Source: Gammaproteobacteria bacterium (lineage in GTDB: Bacteria > Pseudomonadota > Gammaproteobacteria > Steroidobacterales > Foliamicaceae). From it: 64,000 nt of DNA. Below, piece by piece: positions 38,769 to 48,726 of this stretch (the first letter of the stretch is position 1; each line of letters starts with the position of its first letter). The stretch covers positions 140,345-204,344 of the forward strand of contig WTGP01000008.1 in NCBI GenBank assembly GCA_011523505.1, read 5' to 3'. Under the pieces are notes generated by a model that saw only the letters and a program-made list of their open reading frames with translations, had not been told where the DNA came from and did no database searches. A program made the position numbers and the translations under genes.

Positions 38769-41369
38769 ATGAGTGCACGGAAACTCTCCAGGCTTGAGAT
38801 CGGCGGACGCAGCTTTGCATACAACGGCCTGTCTGCTTTCGATGCCAGCGAAGTCGCGAAGCTCCCCTACTGCCGCAAGATTCTGCTGGAAAACCTCTTG
38901 CGCAATGCGGACGGACAGGACACTGGAAATGACCTGCTCGCCGCATTGAGCAGGGAGCGGGAGCTGGAGTTCCGGCCGGCCCGAGTGATCCTGCAGGACT
39001 TCACCGGCGTTCCGGCAGTCGTTGACTTGGCGGCGATGCGCGACGCGATGGAGGCGCTGGGCGGCGATCCCCAGGCGATCAACCCACTGGCGCCGGCCGA
39101 ACTGGTCGTGGACCACTCGGTCCAGGTCGATCACTACGCCACGCCGGATGCCCTGGCCCGGAACAACGAACTCGAATTCGAGCGAAACCGCGAGCGCTAT
39201 TCCTTCCTGCATTGGGGGCAACAGGCGTTCCGCCAGCTCAAGGTCGTGCCGCCCAACACCGGCATCGTCCACCAGGTCAACCTGGAACGCCTCGCGCGCG
39301 TGGTATTCCGCAAGGAGCAGGACGGCGAAACCCTGCTCTACCCGGACACGCTGGTAGGGACCGATTCACACACAACCATGGTCAACGGCCTCGGCGTACT
39401 GGGCTGGGGCGTGGGAGGAATCGAAGCCGAAGCCGCCTTGCTCGGCCAGCCGATTACGATGCTGCCTCCCCCGGTACTGGGCGTGCGTTTGCACGGCAAG
39501 CTGCGGCCGGCGGCTACCGCCACGGACCTGGTCCTCACGGTCACCGAGGCGCTGCGGGAACGGGGCGTGGTGGGCTGGTTCGTCGAGTTCTTCGGCGAAG
39601 GGCTGAATGGCCTTCCTCTGGCCGATCGGGCCACTTTGGCCAATATGTCGCCGGAATTCGGAAGCACTTGTGCCATATTTCCTGTTGATGGGGAGACAAT
39701 TCGCTACCTGGAGCTCACCGGACGCAGCAAAGAGCAGGTAGAAATCGTGGATGCGTACGCCCGGGCGCAAGGCCTGTGGCGGGAGGATACAGGCCCCGAA
39801 CCGGATTTCGACGACACGCTGGATATTGACCTGGAGGCCGTCGTGCCGTCAATTGCCGGCCCGCGGCGCCCGCAGGACCGGATTCCGATCACGCAGAGCA
39901 AGCCGGCATTCGCTTCGGCGCTGAAGGAGCGCGGGGGAACTGCCGTTCCGTTCTCTGGCGACAAGCCCGGTGACGGCGCGGTGCTGATCGCGGCCATCAC
40001 GAGTTGCACCAACACCTCCAATCCGTCGGTCATGATGGCCGCCGGCATGCTGGCGCGGGCGGCCCGCAATCGCGGCCTCAGGCCCCCGGACTGGGTCAAA
40101 ACCAGCCTGGCGCCCGGTTCCCGGGTGGTGACCCGTTACCTGGAGTCCGCCGGCCTTCTGGACGACCTGTCGGTGCTGGGCTTCGAGATCGTCGGATACG
40201 GATGCACGACCTGCATCGGCAATTCGGGGCCCCTGCGCGAGGACATCGCGCGCCACGTCGAGGAATCCGGACTGGGCGGCTGCGGCGTTCTGTCCGGCAA
40301 CCGCAACTTCGAGGGGCGCATTCATCCCCAAGTGTATTTCAACTACCTGGCCTCCCCTCCCCTGGTCGTGGCCTGGGCGCTGGCCGGGCGCATGGACGTG
40401 GACATCGAGAACGATCCTCTTGGCCTGGACTCGGAAGGCCATCCCGTCTATCTGCGCGATGTCTGGCCGGACGCCGCCGAAGTGCAGGCGGAAGTGGCGC
40501 AACACGTGCGCGCGGCGCAGTTCGAAGCGGGTTATGCGGGAGTGTTCGACGGCGACGAACGCTGGAACGCGCTGGAGAGTCCGGCCAGCAGCCGGTATCC
40601 CTGGGATGGGGAATCGACCTACGTGCGCCGTCCGCCGTTCTTCGACGGCATGTCGGCCAAGCCCGAAGAGCCGCAGGGCGTGACCGCCGCCCGGGTCCTG
40701 GCGCTGCTTGGGGACTCGGTCACGACCGACCATATTTCGCCTGCCGGGGCGATCCCGGCCCGATCGCCCGCTGGCCAGTGGCTGAGCGAACAGGGCGTCG
40801 CGCCCCGCGAATTCAACTCGTACGGCTCGCGGCGCGGCAACCACGAAGTCATGCTGCGTGGCACCTTCGCCAATATCCGATTGCGTAATCGCCTGGCGGG
40901 CGGCGTGGACGGTGGCTGGACACGGCTCCAGCCCGACGGCGAAGTGATGAGCATCTACGACGCCGCCATGCGCTACAGCGAAGAGGAAACGCCTCTGGTG
41001 GTGCTGGCCGGCAAGGAATACGGTTCGGGCTCCTCGCGCGACTGGGCGGCCAAGGGCACGGCGCTGCTGGGCGTGCGCGCGGTGATCGCGACCAGCTTCG
41101 AGCGGATCCATCGCTCCAACCTCGTGGGCATGGGCGTACATCCGCTCGAATTTCCGCAAGGGACGGATGCCGCAAGCCTGGAACTGGACGGCAGCGAAAC
41201 CTATGACATTTCCGCGCCGAACGGTGCGGACGTGTCGGTGCGCGCCACCCGAACCGACGGCTCCACGGTCGAGTTCGCGGCGCGCTCGCGAATCGACACG
41301 CCCAAGGAGCACGAATATTTCCGGCATGGAGGCATCCTTCCCTACGTGTTGCGCCGCCTGGCGGCCTGA
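38769..41369 (+). CDS. acnA: Aconitate hydratase A
   Basis: [76 protein letters not shown]. Confidence 0.96.
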   Translation: MSARKLSRLEIGGRSFAYNGLSAFDASEVAKLPYCRKILLENLLRNADGQDTGNDLLAALSRERELEFRPARVILQDFTGVPAVVDLAAMRDAMEALGGDPQAINPLAPAELVVDHSVQVDHYATPDALARNNELEFERNRERYSFLHWGQQAFRQLKVVPPNTGIVHQVNLERLARVVFRKEQDGETLLYPDTLVGTDSHTTMVNGLGVLGWGVGGIEAEAALLGQPITMLPPPVLGVRLHGKLRPAATATDLVLTVTEALRERGVVGWFVEFFGEGLNGLPLADRATLANMSPEFGSTCAIFPVDGETIRYLELTGRSKEQVEIVDAYARAQGLWREDTGPEPDFDDTLDIDLEAVVPSIAGPRRPQDRIPITQSKPAFASALKERGGTAVPFSGDKPGDGAVLIAAITSCTNTSNPSVMMAAGMLARAARNRGLRPPDWVKTSLAPGSRVVTRYLESAGLLDDLSVLGFEIVGYGCTTCIGNSGPLREDIARHVEESGLGGCGVLSGNRNFEGRIHPQVYFNYLASPPLVVAWALAGRMDVDIENDPLGLDSEGHPVYLRDVWPDAAEVQAEVAQHVRAAQFEAGYAGVFDGDERWNALESPASSRYPWDGESTYVRRPPFFDGMSAKPEEPQGVTAARVLALLGDSVTTDHISPAGAIPARSPAGQWLSEQGVAPREFNSYGSRRGNHEVMLRGTFANIRLRNRLAGGVDGGWTRLQPDGEVMSIYDAAMRYSEEETPLVVLAGKEYGSGSSRDWAAKGTALLGVRAVIATSFERIHRSNLVGMGVHPLEFPQGTDAASLELDGSETYDISAPNGADVSVRATRTDGSTVEFAARSRIDTPKEHEYFRHGGILPYVLRRLAA

Positions 41370-41378
41370 GCCCCGCGC

Positions 41379-42269
41379 ATGACGGACCCACCGATACTTT
41401 CGGTGCGTGAGCTGGTCAAGGACTACGGACCGGTTCACGCGGTGCGCGGCATTTCCTTCGATGTGCCGCGCAACTGCTGTTTCGGCCTTCTCGGGCCGAA
41501 CGGCGCCGGCAAGACCACCACCGTGGAAATCATCGAAGGCGTAACGCCCGCCACATCCGGCAAGGTACTGTACGAGGGCCGGAAAGCCGGGGCACAGTTC
41601 CGCCAGGACTCCGGCGTACAGTTCCAGACGGCCGCGCTGCAGGACTTCATTACGGTGCGCGAGACGCTGGAAATGTTCCATCGCCTGTACCGGCGCCGCG
41701 CCGATATCGACCAGGTGATCGCCGACTGCGCGCTGGAAAAGCTCCAGAAGCGCGACAACCGCAAGCTGTCGGGCGGACAGCGCCAGCGCCTGCTGCTGGC
41801 GATTGCATTGGTGAACGACCCGAAGATCCTGTTCCTGGACGAGCCGACCACCGGCATGGATCCGCAGGCGCGGCGCAATTTCTGGGAGCTGGTGGAGCGG
41901 ATCCGCGCCCGCAACAAGACCATCGTGCTGACGACGCACTACATGGAAGAGGCGCAGGCGCTGTGCGACGAGATCGTGATCATGAACGAGGGCGTGATCG
42001 TCACCCAGGGCGCCCCGGACACGCTCCTGAAGGCGCACTACAAGGAAATCATCCTGGAACTGCCCGAAGCCGACCTCGAGGAACTGCCGGCGGGGTTTCC
42101 CTTTCACACCTACCGGCGCAACGGGCTGGTGGAAATTCACACCGATGACGCCAACGAAGCCATCACGCGCCTGAGCCGCGCCGGAGCGCCGCTCGGCCGC
42201 CTGAACATTCGTCCCTTCCGCCTGGAGGACCTGTTCCTGGACCTCACGGGCAAGGAGCTCAGATCATGA
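41379..42269 (+). CDS. ABC transporter ATP-binding subunit (ABC-2 exporter)
   Basis: GPNGAGKTT, LSGGQRQR, LFLDEPTTGMD, TTHYMEE. Confidence 0.95.
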   Translation: MTDPPILSVRELVKDYGPVHAVRGISFDVPRNCCFGLLGPNGAGKTTTVEIIEGVTPATSGKVLYEGRKAGAQFRQDSGVQFQTAALQDFITVRETLEMFHRLYRRRADIDQVIADCALEKLQKRDNRKLSGGQRQRLLLAIALVNDPKILFLDEPTTGMDPQARRNFWELVERIRARNKTIVLTTHYMEEAQALCDEIVIMNEGVIVTQGAPDTLLKAHYKEIILELPEADLEELPAGFPFHTYRRNGLVEIHTDDANEAITRLSRAGAPLGRLNIRPFRLEDLFLDLTGKELRS

Positions 42270-43279
42270 TCCAACGAATCCTCGCCATACTGCACGCGCG
42301 CAACCTGGAGTTCCTGCGCGACAAGGCCACGCTCGGCTGGAACGTGGCGATGCCGCTGCTGCTGGTGGCGGGCATGGCCGCGATCTTCTCCGGCGGCGAC
42401 CGCGCCTCCTACAAGGTGGCGCTGGTGCAGGCCGAACAGGAGATCAACACGGCCGCGCATCCCTACCTGCAGACCCGCTATTTCGACTTCATCGCCATGG
42501 AGCAGGAGGAAGCGATCGAACGGGTGGCCAACCACCAGCTCGACCTGGCCCTGGACCTGAATGCCGGAACCTACTGGATCAACCCGGAATCGCCGGGCGG
42601 ATACTTCGCCGAGCGCCTGCTTGAAGCCTCGTCGGAGGAAGGCGCGTGGCTGCGGCAGCCGGCCAGCGGCAATCCCATCACCTACGTGGACTGGCTGATC
42701 CCGGGCATCCTGGGCATGAACATCATGTTCAGCTGCCTGTTCGGCGTCGGCTACGTGGTGGTGCGGTATCGCAAGAACGGGTTCCTGAAGCGCCTGAAGG
42801 CCACACCGCTGCGGCCGGTGGAGTTCATGTCCGCGCAGATTCTTTCGCGCCTGTTGCTGGCGATCTTCGTCACCCTGCTGCTCTACGGCGCGACCCGGCT
42901 GCTGCTGGATGTCCGCATGGAGGGCAGCGGGCTGGCGCTGTTCCTGGTGGCGGTGCTGGCGTCGATCAGCCTGGTTTCGATCGGCCTGGCCATGGCGGCG
43001 CGCGTGACCAGCGAGGAGCTGGCGGGCGGGCTGCTGAACCTGGTGACCTGGCCGATGATGCTGCTGTCCGGCGTCTGGTTCTCGCTGGCCGGCGCGCCTC
43101 AGTGGGTGCAGCAGCTTTCCAACGTCTTCCCGCTAACGCATGCGCTCACGGCCGCGCGGGAAATCATGCTGTACGGCGCGGGATTTGCCGATGTGCTGCC
43201 GCAACTGCTGATCCTTACCGGCATCACGGCGGCCTTCCTGACTATCGGCGCGACGATGTTCCGCTGGCGTGGCGCTTGA
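42266..43279 (+). CDS. ABC-2 type permease
   Basis: YVDWLIPGILGM, LKRLKATP, SGVWFS, FPLTH; ATGA coupling. Confidence 0.9.
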   Translation: MIQRILAILHARNLEFLRDKATLGWNVAMPLLLVAGMAAIFSGGDRASYKVALVQAEQEINTAAHPYLQTRYFDFIAMEQEEAIERVANHQLDLALDLNAGTYWINPESPGGYFAERLLEASSEEGAWLRQPASGNPITYVDWLIPGILGMNIMFSCLFGVGYVVVRYRKNGFLKRLKATPLRPVEFMSAQILSRLLLAIFVTLLLYGATRLLLDVRMEGSGLALFLVAVLASISLVSIGLAMAARVTSEELAGGLLNLVTWPMMLLSGVWFSLAGAPQWVQQLSNVFPLTHALTAAREIMLYGAGFADVLPQLLILTGITAAFLTIGATMFRWRGA

Positions 43280-43283
43280 GTGG

Positions 43284-43415
43284 GCTTCTTTTCCTGTTCC
43301 CTGCCTCGTGGGAGACGCATGAACCCATCCATGGGGCTTGGCGGCTTGCTCGCGTCGGGACATCGACGCTCGCTGTCGCCGACACTCCCACGAGGCAGGG
43401 AACAGGAAAAGAAGC
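43284..43415. repeat. Palindromic element with 31-bp perfect inverted arms and a 70-nt core (REP/MITE-like)
   Basis: gcttcttttcctgttccctgcctcgtgggag (43284-43314) and its reverse complement (43385-43415), filling the permease-tatD gap. Confidence 0.8.
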
Positions 43416-43444
43416 GTGCCGAACCCTAAATTGGAGGGCTCGGC

Positions 43445-44263
43445 GTGGTGTTGATCGATATTGGTGTGAACCTGGCGGACGCGTCGTTTGACGCGGATCG
43501 GGACGAGGTGATCGAACGGGCCGCGGCGGCGGGCGTAAGGCACATGATCGTGACGGGGACGGGTCTCGACGAATCGGAGAGCGCGCTGGCATTGGCGGAG
43601 CAGAATTCGGGGGTTTTTCGGTGTACGGCGGGGATTCATCCTCATTTGGCGACGCGGTGGACGGACGCGCCGCAAGAGGCGCGCGAACGGCTCGGCGCGG
43701 TGCTAGGCAGCGAGCTGGCGGTGGCGGCCGGCGAGTGCGGACTGGACTACTTTCGCAACCTGTCGCCGCCGGACGCGCAGCGTGCGGCGTTTGCGGGGCA
43801 GCTCGAACTGGCGGCGGAGCACGGCAAGCCGGTGTTCCTGCATCAGCGCGACGCGCATGACGACTTCCTCGCGATCCTGAAGGAGCACGAAGTCGACAGG
43901 CTCGGCGGCGTGGCCCATTGTTTTACCGGCGGACCGGAGCAAGCGGAAAGCTACCTTGAGCTGCGGCTGTACATCGGCATCACCGGCTGGGTCCTGGACG
44001 AGCGGCGGAACCACGAACTGCTCAAGGCGATTCCCCTGATTCCGCTCGACCGCGTGCTGCTGGAAACCGACAGCCCCTACCTGCTGCCCCGTCACCCAGA
44101 CGTCAAACCGCACCGGAGACGCCGCAACGAACCGGAGTTTCTCCCCTACGTCGTCCGGACCCTGGCCGATAAAATGCGCGTGGACCCGGAAGAACTCGCC
44201 GCCGCCGCGCACGACAACACTTGCAAGCTGTTCGGATGGCCCGAACCGGAGGATGCCCCATGA
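43445..44263 (+). CDS. tatD: TatD-family hydrolase
   Basis: IDIGVNL, TAGIHPH, GECGLDY, VFLHQRDAH, HCFTG, LLETDSPYL, RNEP; RBS GGAGG. Confidence 0.93.
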   Translation: MVLIDIGVNLADASFDADRDEVIERAAAAGVRHMIVTGTGLDESESALALAEQNSGVFRCTAGIHPHLATRWTDAPQEARERLGAVLGSELAVAAGECGLDYFRNLSPPDAQRAAFAGQLELAAEHGKPVFLHQRDAHDDFLAILKEHEVDRLGGVAHCFTGGPEQAESYLELRLYIGITGWVLDERRNHELLKAIPLIPLDRVLLETDSPYLLPRHPDVKPHRRRRNEPEFLPYVVRTLADKMRVDPEELAAAAHDNTCKLFGWPEPEDAP

Positions 44264-44892
44264 GTAAAGAACTCGTTTTTTACACGAACCCCATGTCGCG
44301 CGGACAGATTGCGCGCTGGATGCTGGAGGAAGCCGGCGCCGAATACCGCACCGAGGTGCTGCAATACGGGCCCGAGATGAAATCGGAGGACTTTCTGGCC
44401 GTCAATCCGATGGGCAAGGTGCCGACGATCCGGCATGGCGACGTCGTGGTTACGGAGGCGGCCGCGATCTGCGCCTACCTGGCCGACGCCTTTCCCGAAG
44501 CGGGGCTGGCGCCTCCGCCCGGGCAGCGCGGTGCCTACTACCGGTGGATGTTCTTCGCCGCCGGTCCGCTTGAAGCGGCCACCATAAACCGCGCGCTCAA
44601 ATTCGAGGTTCCCCCGGAACGCGAGTCCATGATCGGCTACGGGACCCTGGAGGCGGTCTTGAACACGCTCGAAGCCGCCGTCAGCGCAGGCGAATTCGTT
44701 GCAGGCCCGAACTTCAGCGCGGCCGACGTCTACGTCGGATCGCACATTTACTGGGGCCTCCAATTCAAGTCAATCGAGATGCGACCGGCCTTCGTGGACT
44801 ACTGGTCGCGCCTGGAGAACCGCCCGGCCCGGCTGCGCGCCGCGTCACTCGACGAAGCGCTGATGCCGAAGACTAGCCAAGAAACGGGGTAA
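44260..44892 (+). CDS. Glutathione S-transferase family protein
   Basis: FYTNPMSRG, VNPMGKVPTI, TEAAAICAYLAD, FSAADV; ATGA overlap with tatD. Confidence 0.92.
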   Translation: MSKELVFYTNPMSRGQIARWMLEEAGAEYRTEVLQYGPEMKSEDFLAVNPMGKVPTIRHGDVVVTEAAAICAYLADAFPEAGLAPPPGQRGAYYRWMFFAAGPLEAATINRALKFEVPPERESMIGYGTLEAVLNTLEAAVSAGEFVAGPNFSAADVYVGSHIYWGLQFKSIEMRPAFVDYWSRLENRPARLRAASLDEALMPKTSQETG

Positions 44893-46180
44893 GCGCGGCG
44901 AGTTCGGCGGGGATTTCCTCGTGGCTGGAAGGGCGCGAGAGCAACTCCTCGAGCTGCGGGGGCGGCGCCACCGTAGTCCCGATCAGCGGTTCGACCACGG
45001 TTTCGAATTTGGCCGGGTGGGCGGTGGCGGCGATGACCCAGTCGCCGGCGGGCGCGCCGGATTCGGCGAGAAGCCCGCGGCAGGCGTCCACGCCGGCGGC
45101 CGTGTGAGGGCATAGAACCGCGCCGGAATCCGAGTATTCCCGGCGGATCCGACGACGAATCCGCTCATCGTCAACGCTCGCGGCGCTGACGGCGGCCCGT
45201 ATCCGGTCGACGTCGCCGGCGAAATGGTGGCGGAGCCGTTCCACGTTGCTGGGATCGCCCACGTCCATCGCGTTGGCCAGCGTGCCGATACTTTCGCGGC
45301 CGCGGTATTCGCCGCTGGAAAGGTAGTCCCCTATCGTGCGGTTGGCGTTGGTGGTCAGCAGGATGCGGCCGATACCCGCGCCCATCTCGCGCGCCCACAG
45401 GCAGGCCACTCCGTTGCCGAGGTTGCCGGTGGGAACGACGAAATGGCTTCCTTCCGGCGACTGGAGCGCGGCCCAGGCGTGGTAGGCGCTCTGCGGTAGC
45501 AGCCTGCCCAGATTGATGCTGTTCGCCGAGCCCAGCCGCACTCTCTTCCTCAGTGCGGCGTCGGCGAAAGCCTGCTTCGCCAGGCGCTGGCAGTCGTCGA
45601 ACGCGCCGTGCACGGCGAGCGCCTGGACATTCTCGTCCCAGCAGCCGAGGTGGTGCTCCTGGCGGGGCGAAATCCGGCCCTTGGGGAACAGCACGAGAAC
45701 GCGGATCTTCTCGCGGCCGGAGAACGCCGAAGCCACGGCCGCGCCGGTATCGCCCGAGGTGGCGACGAGGATGGTCAGCGGCGGCGAGGACGCGGGTTCT
45801 TCGGCGAGGATGCGCTCCAGGCAGGCCGCCAGGAACCGCGCGCCGTAGTCCTTGAACGCCGCGGTGGGGCCGTGAAACAGCTCCAGCAATCGCAGCCCCG
45901 CGCCGTTCCCGGCAGGCGACAGATCGACCAGGGGCAGCGGAAAGTCGAAGGCGTTGCGGCAGATGTCCGGCAATGCGCCGGCCAGGGACGAACCCGCGAA
46001 GTAAGGAGCCAGCATGCGTTCGGCCAGCTCCGCCGGCATGGCGGCTTCGGCCAGCGCCTCGCGCTCGAAGACCGCCAGGCGCTCGGGTACGTACAAGCCG
46101 CCGTCCGGCGCGGTGCCGGTCTGCAGCACGGCCTCAAGCCCGGCCGGTCCGCCGCCGCGGGTGCTGTGGAACGCCGCCAC
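44873..46180 (-). CDS. thrC: Threonine synthase
   Basis: APDGGLYVP, LELFHGPTAAFKD, ATSGDTGAAV, ANSINLGRL, PTGNLGN, TAHPAKF. Confidence 0.95.
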   Translation of the reverse strand: MAAFHSTRGGGPAGLEAVLQTGTAPDGGLYVPERLAVFEREALAEAAMPAELAERMLAPYFAGSSLAGALPDICRNAFDFPLPLVDLSPAGNGAGLRLLELFHGPTAAFKDYGARFLAACLERILAEEPASSPPLTILVATSGDTGAAVASAFSGREKIRVLVLFPKGRISPRQEHHLGCWDENVQALAVHGAFDDCQRLAKQAFADAALRKRVRLGSANSINLGRLLPQSAYHAWAALQSPEGSHFVVPTGNLGNGVACLWAREMGAGIGRILLTTNANRTIGDYLSSGEYRGRESIGTLANAMDVGDPSNVERLRHHFAGDVDRIRAAVSAASVDDERIRRRIRREYSDSGAVLCPHTAAGVDACRGLLAESGAPAGDWVIAATAHPAKFETVVEPLIGTTVAPPPQLEELLSRPSSHEEIPAELAALTPFLG

Positions 46181-46191
46181 GGAAAACTCCG

Positions 46192-48669
46192 CTAGCGTGG
46201 TGCGCCCAGCATCCGAGCGAGGCGCAGGAGGTCCGCGAAAATGCCGCCGGCCGTCACCGCCGGCCCCGCTCCGGGACCTTGTACCACCAGCGGGCTGTCG
46301 CTGTAGCGGGCGGTGCGGAACAGGAACATGTTGCTGGTCAGATCCAGCCGGGCAAAGAGGTGGTCCTCGGGCAGCGACTCCAGCCGCACGGACGCCCGGC
46401 CTTCGCTGTCCAGCCTTCCGACGTAACGAAGAACGCGGCCTTTCTCCCCGGCCTGCTCCAGACGCCGGCGCATGTCGCCGTCGTAGCGCCCCAGCCCATC
46501 GAGAAACTCCTCGACCGTGGCTTCCGACAACTCGTCCGGCGCCAGGCTTTCCACTTCGACATCGGCCAGGTCCATGCGCAGATTCAGCTCGCGCGCCAGG
46601 ATCAGCAGCTTGCGCGCCACGTCCATGCCGCTCAGGTCCTCGCGCGGGTCGGGCTCGGTATAGCCCGCATCCCGGGCCTGGCGCACGACCTTCGAGAAGT
46701 CCGAGTCGGCGTCCAGCGCATTGAACAGATAGGCCAGCGTGCCGGAAAAAATGCCCTCCACGCTGAGCACTTCGTCGCCGGTGGCGATCAGGTCGCGCAG
46801 GGTCTCGATGACCGGCAGTCCGGCCCCCACGTTGGTCTCGTACAGCAGGTGCACGCCGTTGGCCCGGCGCAGTTCGTGCAGGCGCTCGTAAGCCCCGTGC
46901 GGCGCACTCTGCGCCCGCTTGTTGGGCGTCACGACGTGGATCCCGGCGCGGAAGAAGCCGGCATAGGCGTCGCTGATCGATTCGCTGGCGGTGCAGTCCA
47001 CGATCGCCGCGTGCGGCAGGTGATCGGGGTTCACGTGCGCGCTGAAACGCTCAAGGTCCATGGCTTCGCCTTCGTTCGCCAGCACGCTGCGCCAGTCGTC
47101 CAGGTCGAGGCTGCGCGGGGCCAGGTGCATGCGGCTCGAATTAGCGATCGCCCGCACCCGGAAATCGAGATTGAAGTTCTCCCGCAACTGGCCCGCGGCC
47201 CGGGCCATCTGATCCAGCAGCTCGGCGCCGACGGTGCCCACGCCGATCACGCCCAGCGACAGCGTGGTATGCGACAGATAAAAACCGCCGTGCGCGGCCC
47301 GCAACGCCCGGGTCGCGCTGGCGCCCGTCACGACCGCGGAAATATTGCGCTCCGACGATCCCTGGGCAATCGCGATCACGTTCACGCCGGCGCGCCCCAG
47401 CACGCCGAAGAACCGGCCGGCCACACCCGGGATTCCGACCATGCCGTCGCCCACCAGCGCCAGCACGTTCACGCCATCGTCCCGCGTCACCCGGCTGACT
47501 TGCCCAAGGCCCATTTCCTGGGCGAAGGCATCGCGCGTCACCCGCTCGGCCCGGTCCGCATGCGCCTCGGGAACCGCGAAGGTTATCGAGTGCTCCGAGC
47601 TGGCCTGGGTAATCAGCAGCACCGTGACCTGCGCCTTGCTCAGCGCATTGAACAGCCGGTCGGCGGTCCCGGGCACGCCGATCATCCCCGCGCCTTCCAG
47701 ACTCAGCATCGTGACGTTTTCGATCATCGTGATGCCCTTGACGGGCTCGTTCCGGTCGCCATCGGCGGAAATCAGGGACCCCCGCAGCTCCGGCCTGAAG
47801 CTCGAACGGATCCACACCGGTATCTTCTTGCTGATCACCGGGCCCATCGTCTGCGGATGTATGACCCGCGCGCCGAAATAGGCCAGCTCCATGGCCTCGT
47901 TGTAGGACAGCTCGCGGATCACGTGCGCCTCGGGCACGCGCGCGGGATCGGCGCTCATCACGCCCTCCACGTCGGTCCAGATCGTGAGCGACTCCGCGTC
48001 CAGCAGCGCGCTGAAAATCGACGCCGAGAAATCGCTGCCGTTGCGCCCCAGGGTCATCTGCAATCCGCGCCCGTCCCGGGCGATATAGCCGGTCACCACG
48101 CGCACCGGGGTGGCATCGTTTGCAAGCAGGTGCTTCAGGTGTCTGCCCGAGGTCTTCCAGTCCACCACGACGCCCAGTTCGCCGGGCTCCACGCGCAGGA
48201 CATCTCGGGCATCCAGCCAACCGGCCTTGCGGCCGTCGCCGGCCCCGCGTTCGCTGATCAGGGCCGCCAGCAGGCGCGCCGACCACAGCTCGCCGCATCC
48301 GGACACCAGGGCTTCCATTCGCGGCCCCGCAGACTGGATCAGCACGGCGGAATGAAGAATGTCCGCAACGTCGCGGCACTCTGCGGCCTGCGCATCCAGC
48401 AGCGCGGTGCGCTGTTCCGGGTCCGATATCAGCTCTTCCGAGACCGCGGAATACTGTTCCTTCAAGGCATCGAGGTCGTCCTGCCACTTCTGGTCACCCG
48501 AAACCGCGCGATCCAGCAGCGCAAACAGCGCGTTGGTCACGCCCTGCATGGCCGACACCACCACGGCCACCCGCGGCGAGGAATCGCCCAGCACGATGCC
48601 CGCCGCTCGCTCGAAACCGCGCGCGTCGGCCAGGCTGCTGCCGCCGAATTTATGTACTGTCCAGGTCAT
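46192..48669 (-). CDS. thrA: Bifunctional aspartokinase/homoserine dehydrogenase
   Basis: HKFGGSSL, LGRNGSD, WTDVEGVMSADP, two ACT domains, GVGTVG, VTPNK, YETNVGAGLP, GPGAGPAVTA. Confidence 0.93.
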   Translation of the reverse strand: MTWTVHKFGGSSLADARGFERAAGIVLGDSSPRVAVVVSAMQGVTNALFALLDRAVSGDQKWQDDLDALKEQYSAVSEELISDPEQRTALLDAQAAECRDVADILHSAVLIQSAGPRMEALVSGCGELWSARLLAALISERGAGDGRKAGWLDARDVLRVEPGELGVVVDWKTSGRHLKHLLANDATPVRVVTGYIARDGRGLQMTLGRNGSDFSASIFSALLDAESLTIWTDVEGVMSADPARVPEAHVIRELSYNEAMELAYFGARVIHPQTMGPVISKKIPVWIRSSFRPELRGSLISADGDRNEPVKGITMIENVTMLSLEGAGMIGVPGTADRLFNALSKAQVTVLLITQASSEHSITFAVPEAHADRAERVTRDAFAQEMGLGQVSRVTRDDGVNVLALVGDGMVGIPGVAGRFFGVLGRAGVNVIAIAQGSSERNISAVVTGASATRALRAAHGGFYLSHTTLSLGVIGVGTVGAELLDQMARAAGQLRENFNLDFRVRAIANSSRMHLAPRSLDLDDWRSVLANEGEAMDLERFSAHVNPDHLPHAAIVDCTASESISDAYAGFFRAGIHVVTPNKRAQSAPHGAYERLHELRRANGVHLLYETNVGAGLPVIETLRDLIATGDEVLSVEGIFSGTLAYLFNALDADSDFSKVVRQARDAGYTEPDPREDLSGMDVARKLLILARELNLRMDLADVEVESLAPDELSEATVEEFLDGLGRYDGDMRRRLEQAGEKGRVLRYVGRLDSEGRASVRLESLPEDHLFARLDLTSNMFLFRTARYSDSPLVVQGPGAGPAVTAGGIFADLLRLARMLGAPR

Positions 48670-48726
48670 GGGTATGGATAGGCAAATGCGCTTCCACCGA
48701 GCGCAGGATAGCGGTCAAGCGGGCAA

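Noticed and set aside
39631-39700. Mildly AT-enriched patch inside acnA
   Set aside because: 33 G+C in 70 nt is only a modest dip and I saw no promoter-like hexamer pair.
45973-48681. Very long antisense ORFs (902 aa here; also 14703..16607, 39849..42140, 8541..9815, 60617..62125)
   Set aside because: They lie opposite well-supported genes, lack family motifs and are expected from GC-rich codon bias.
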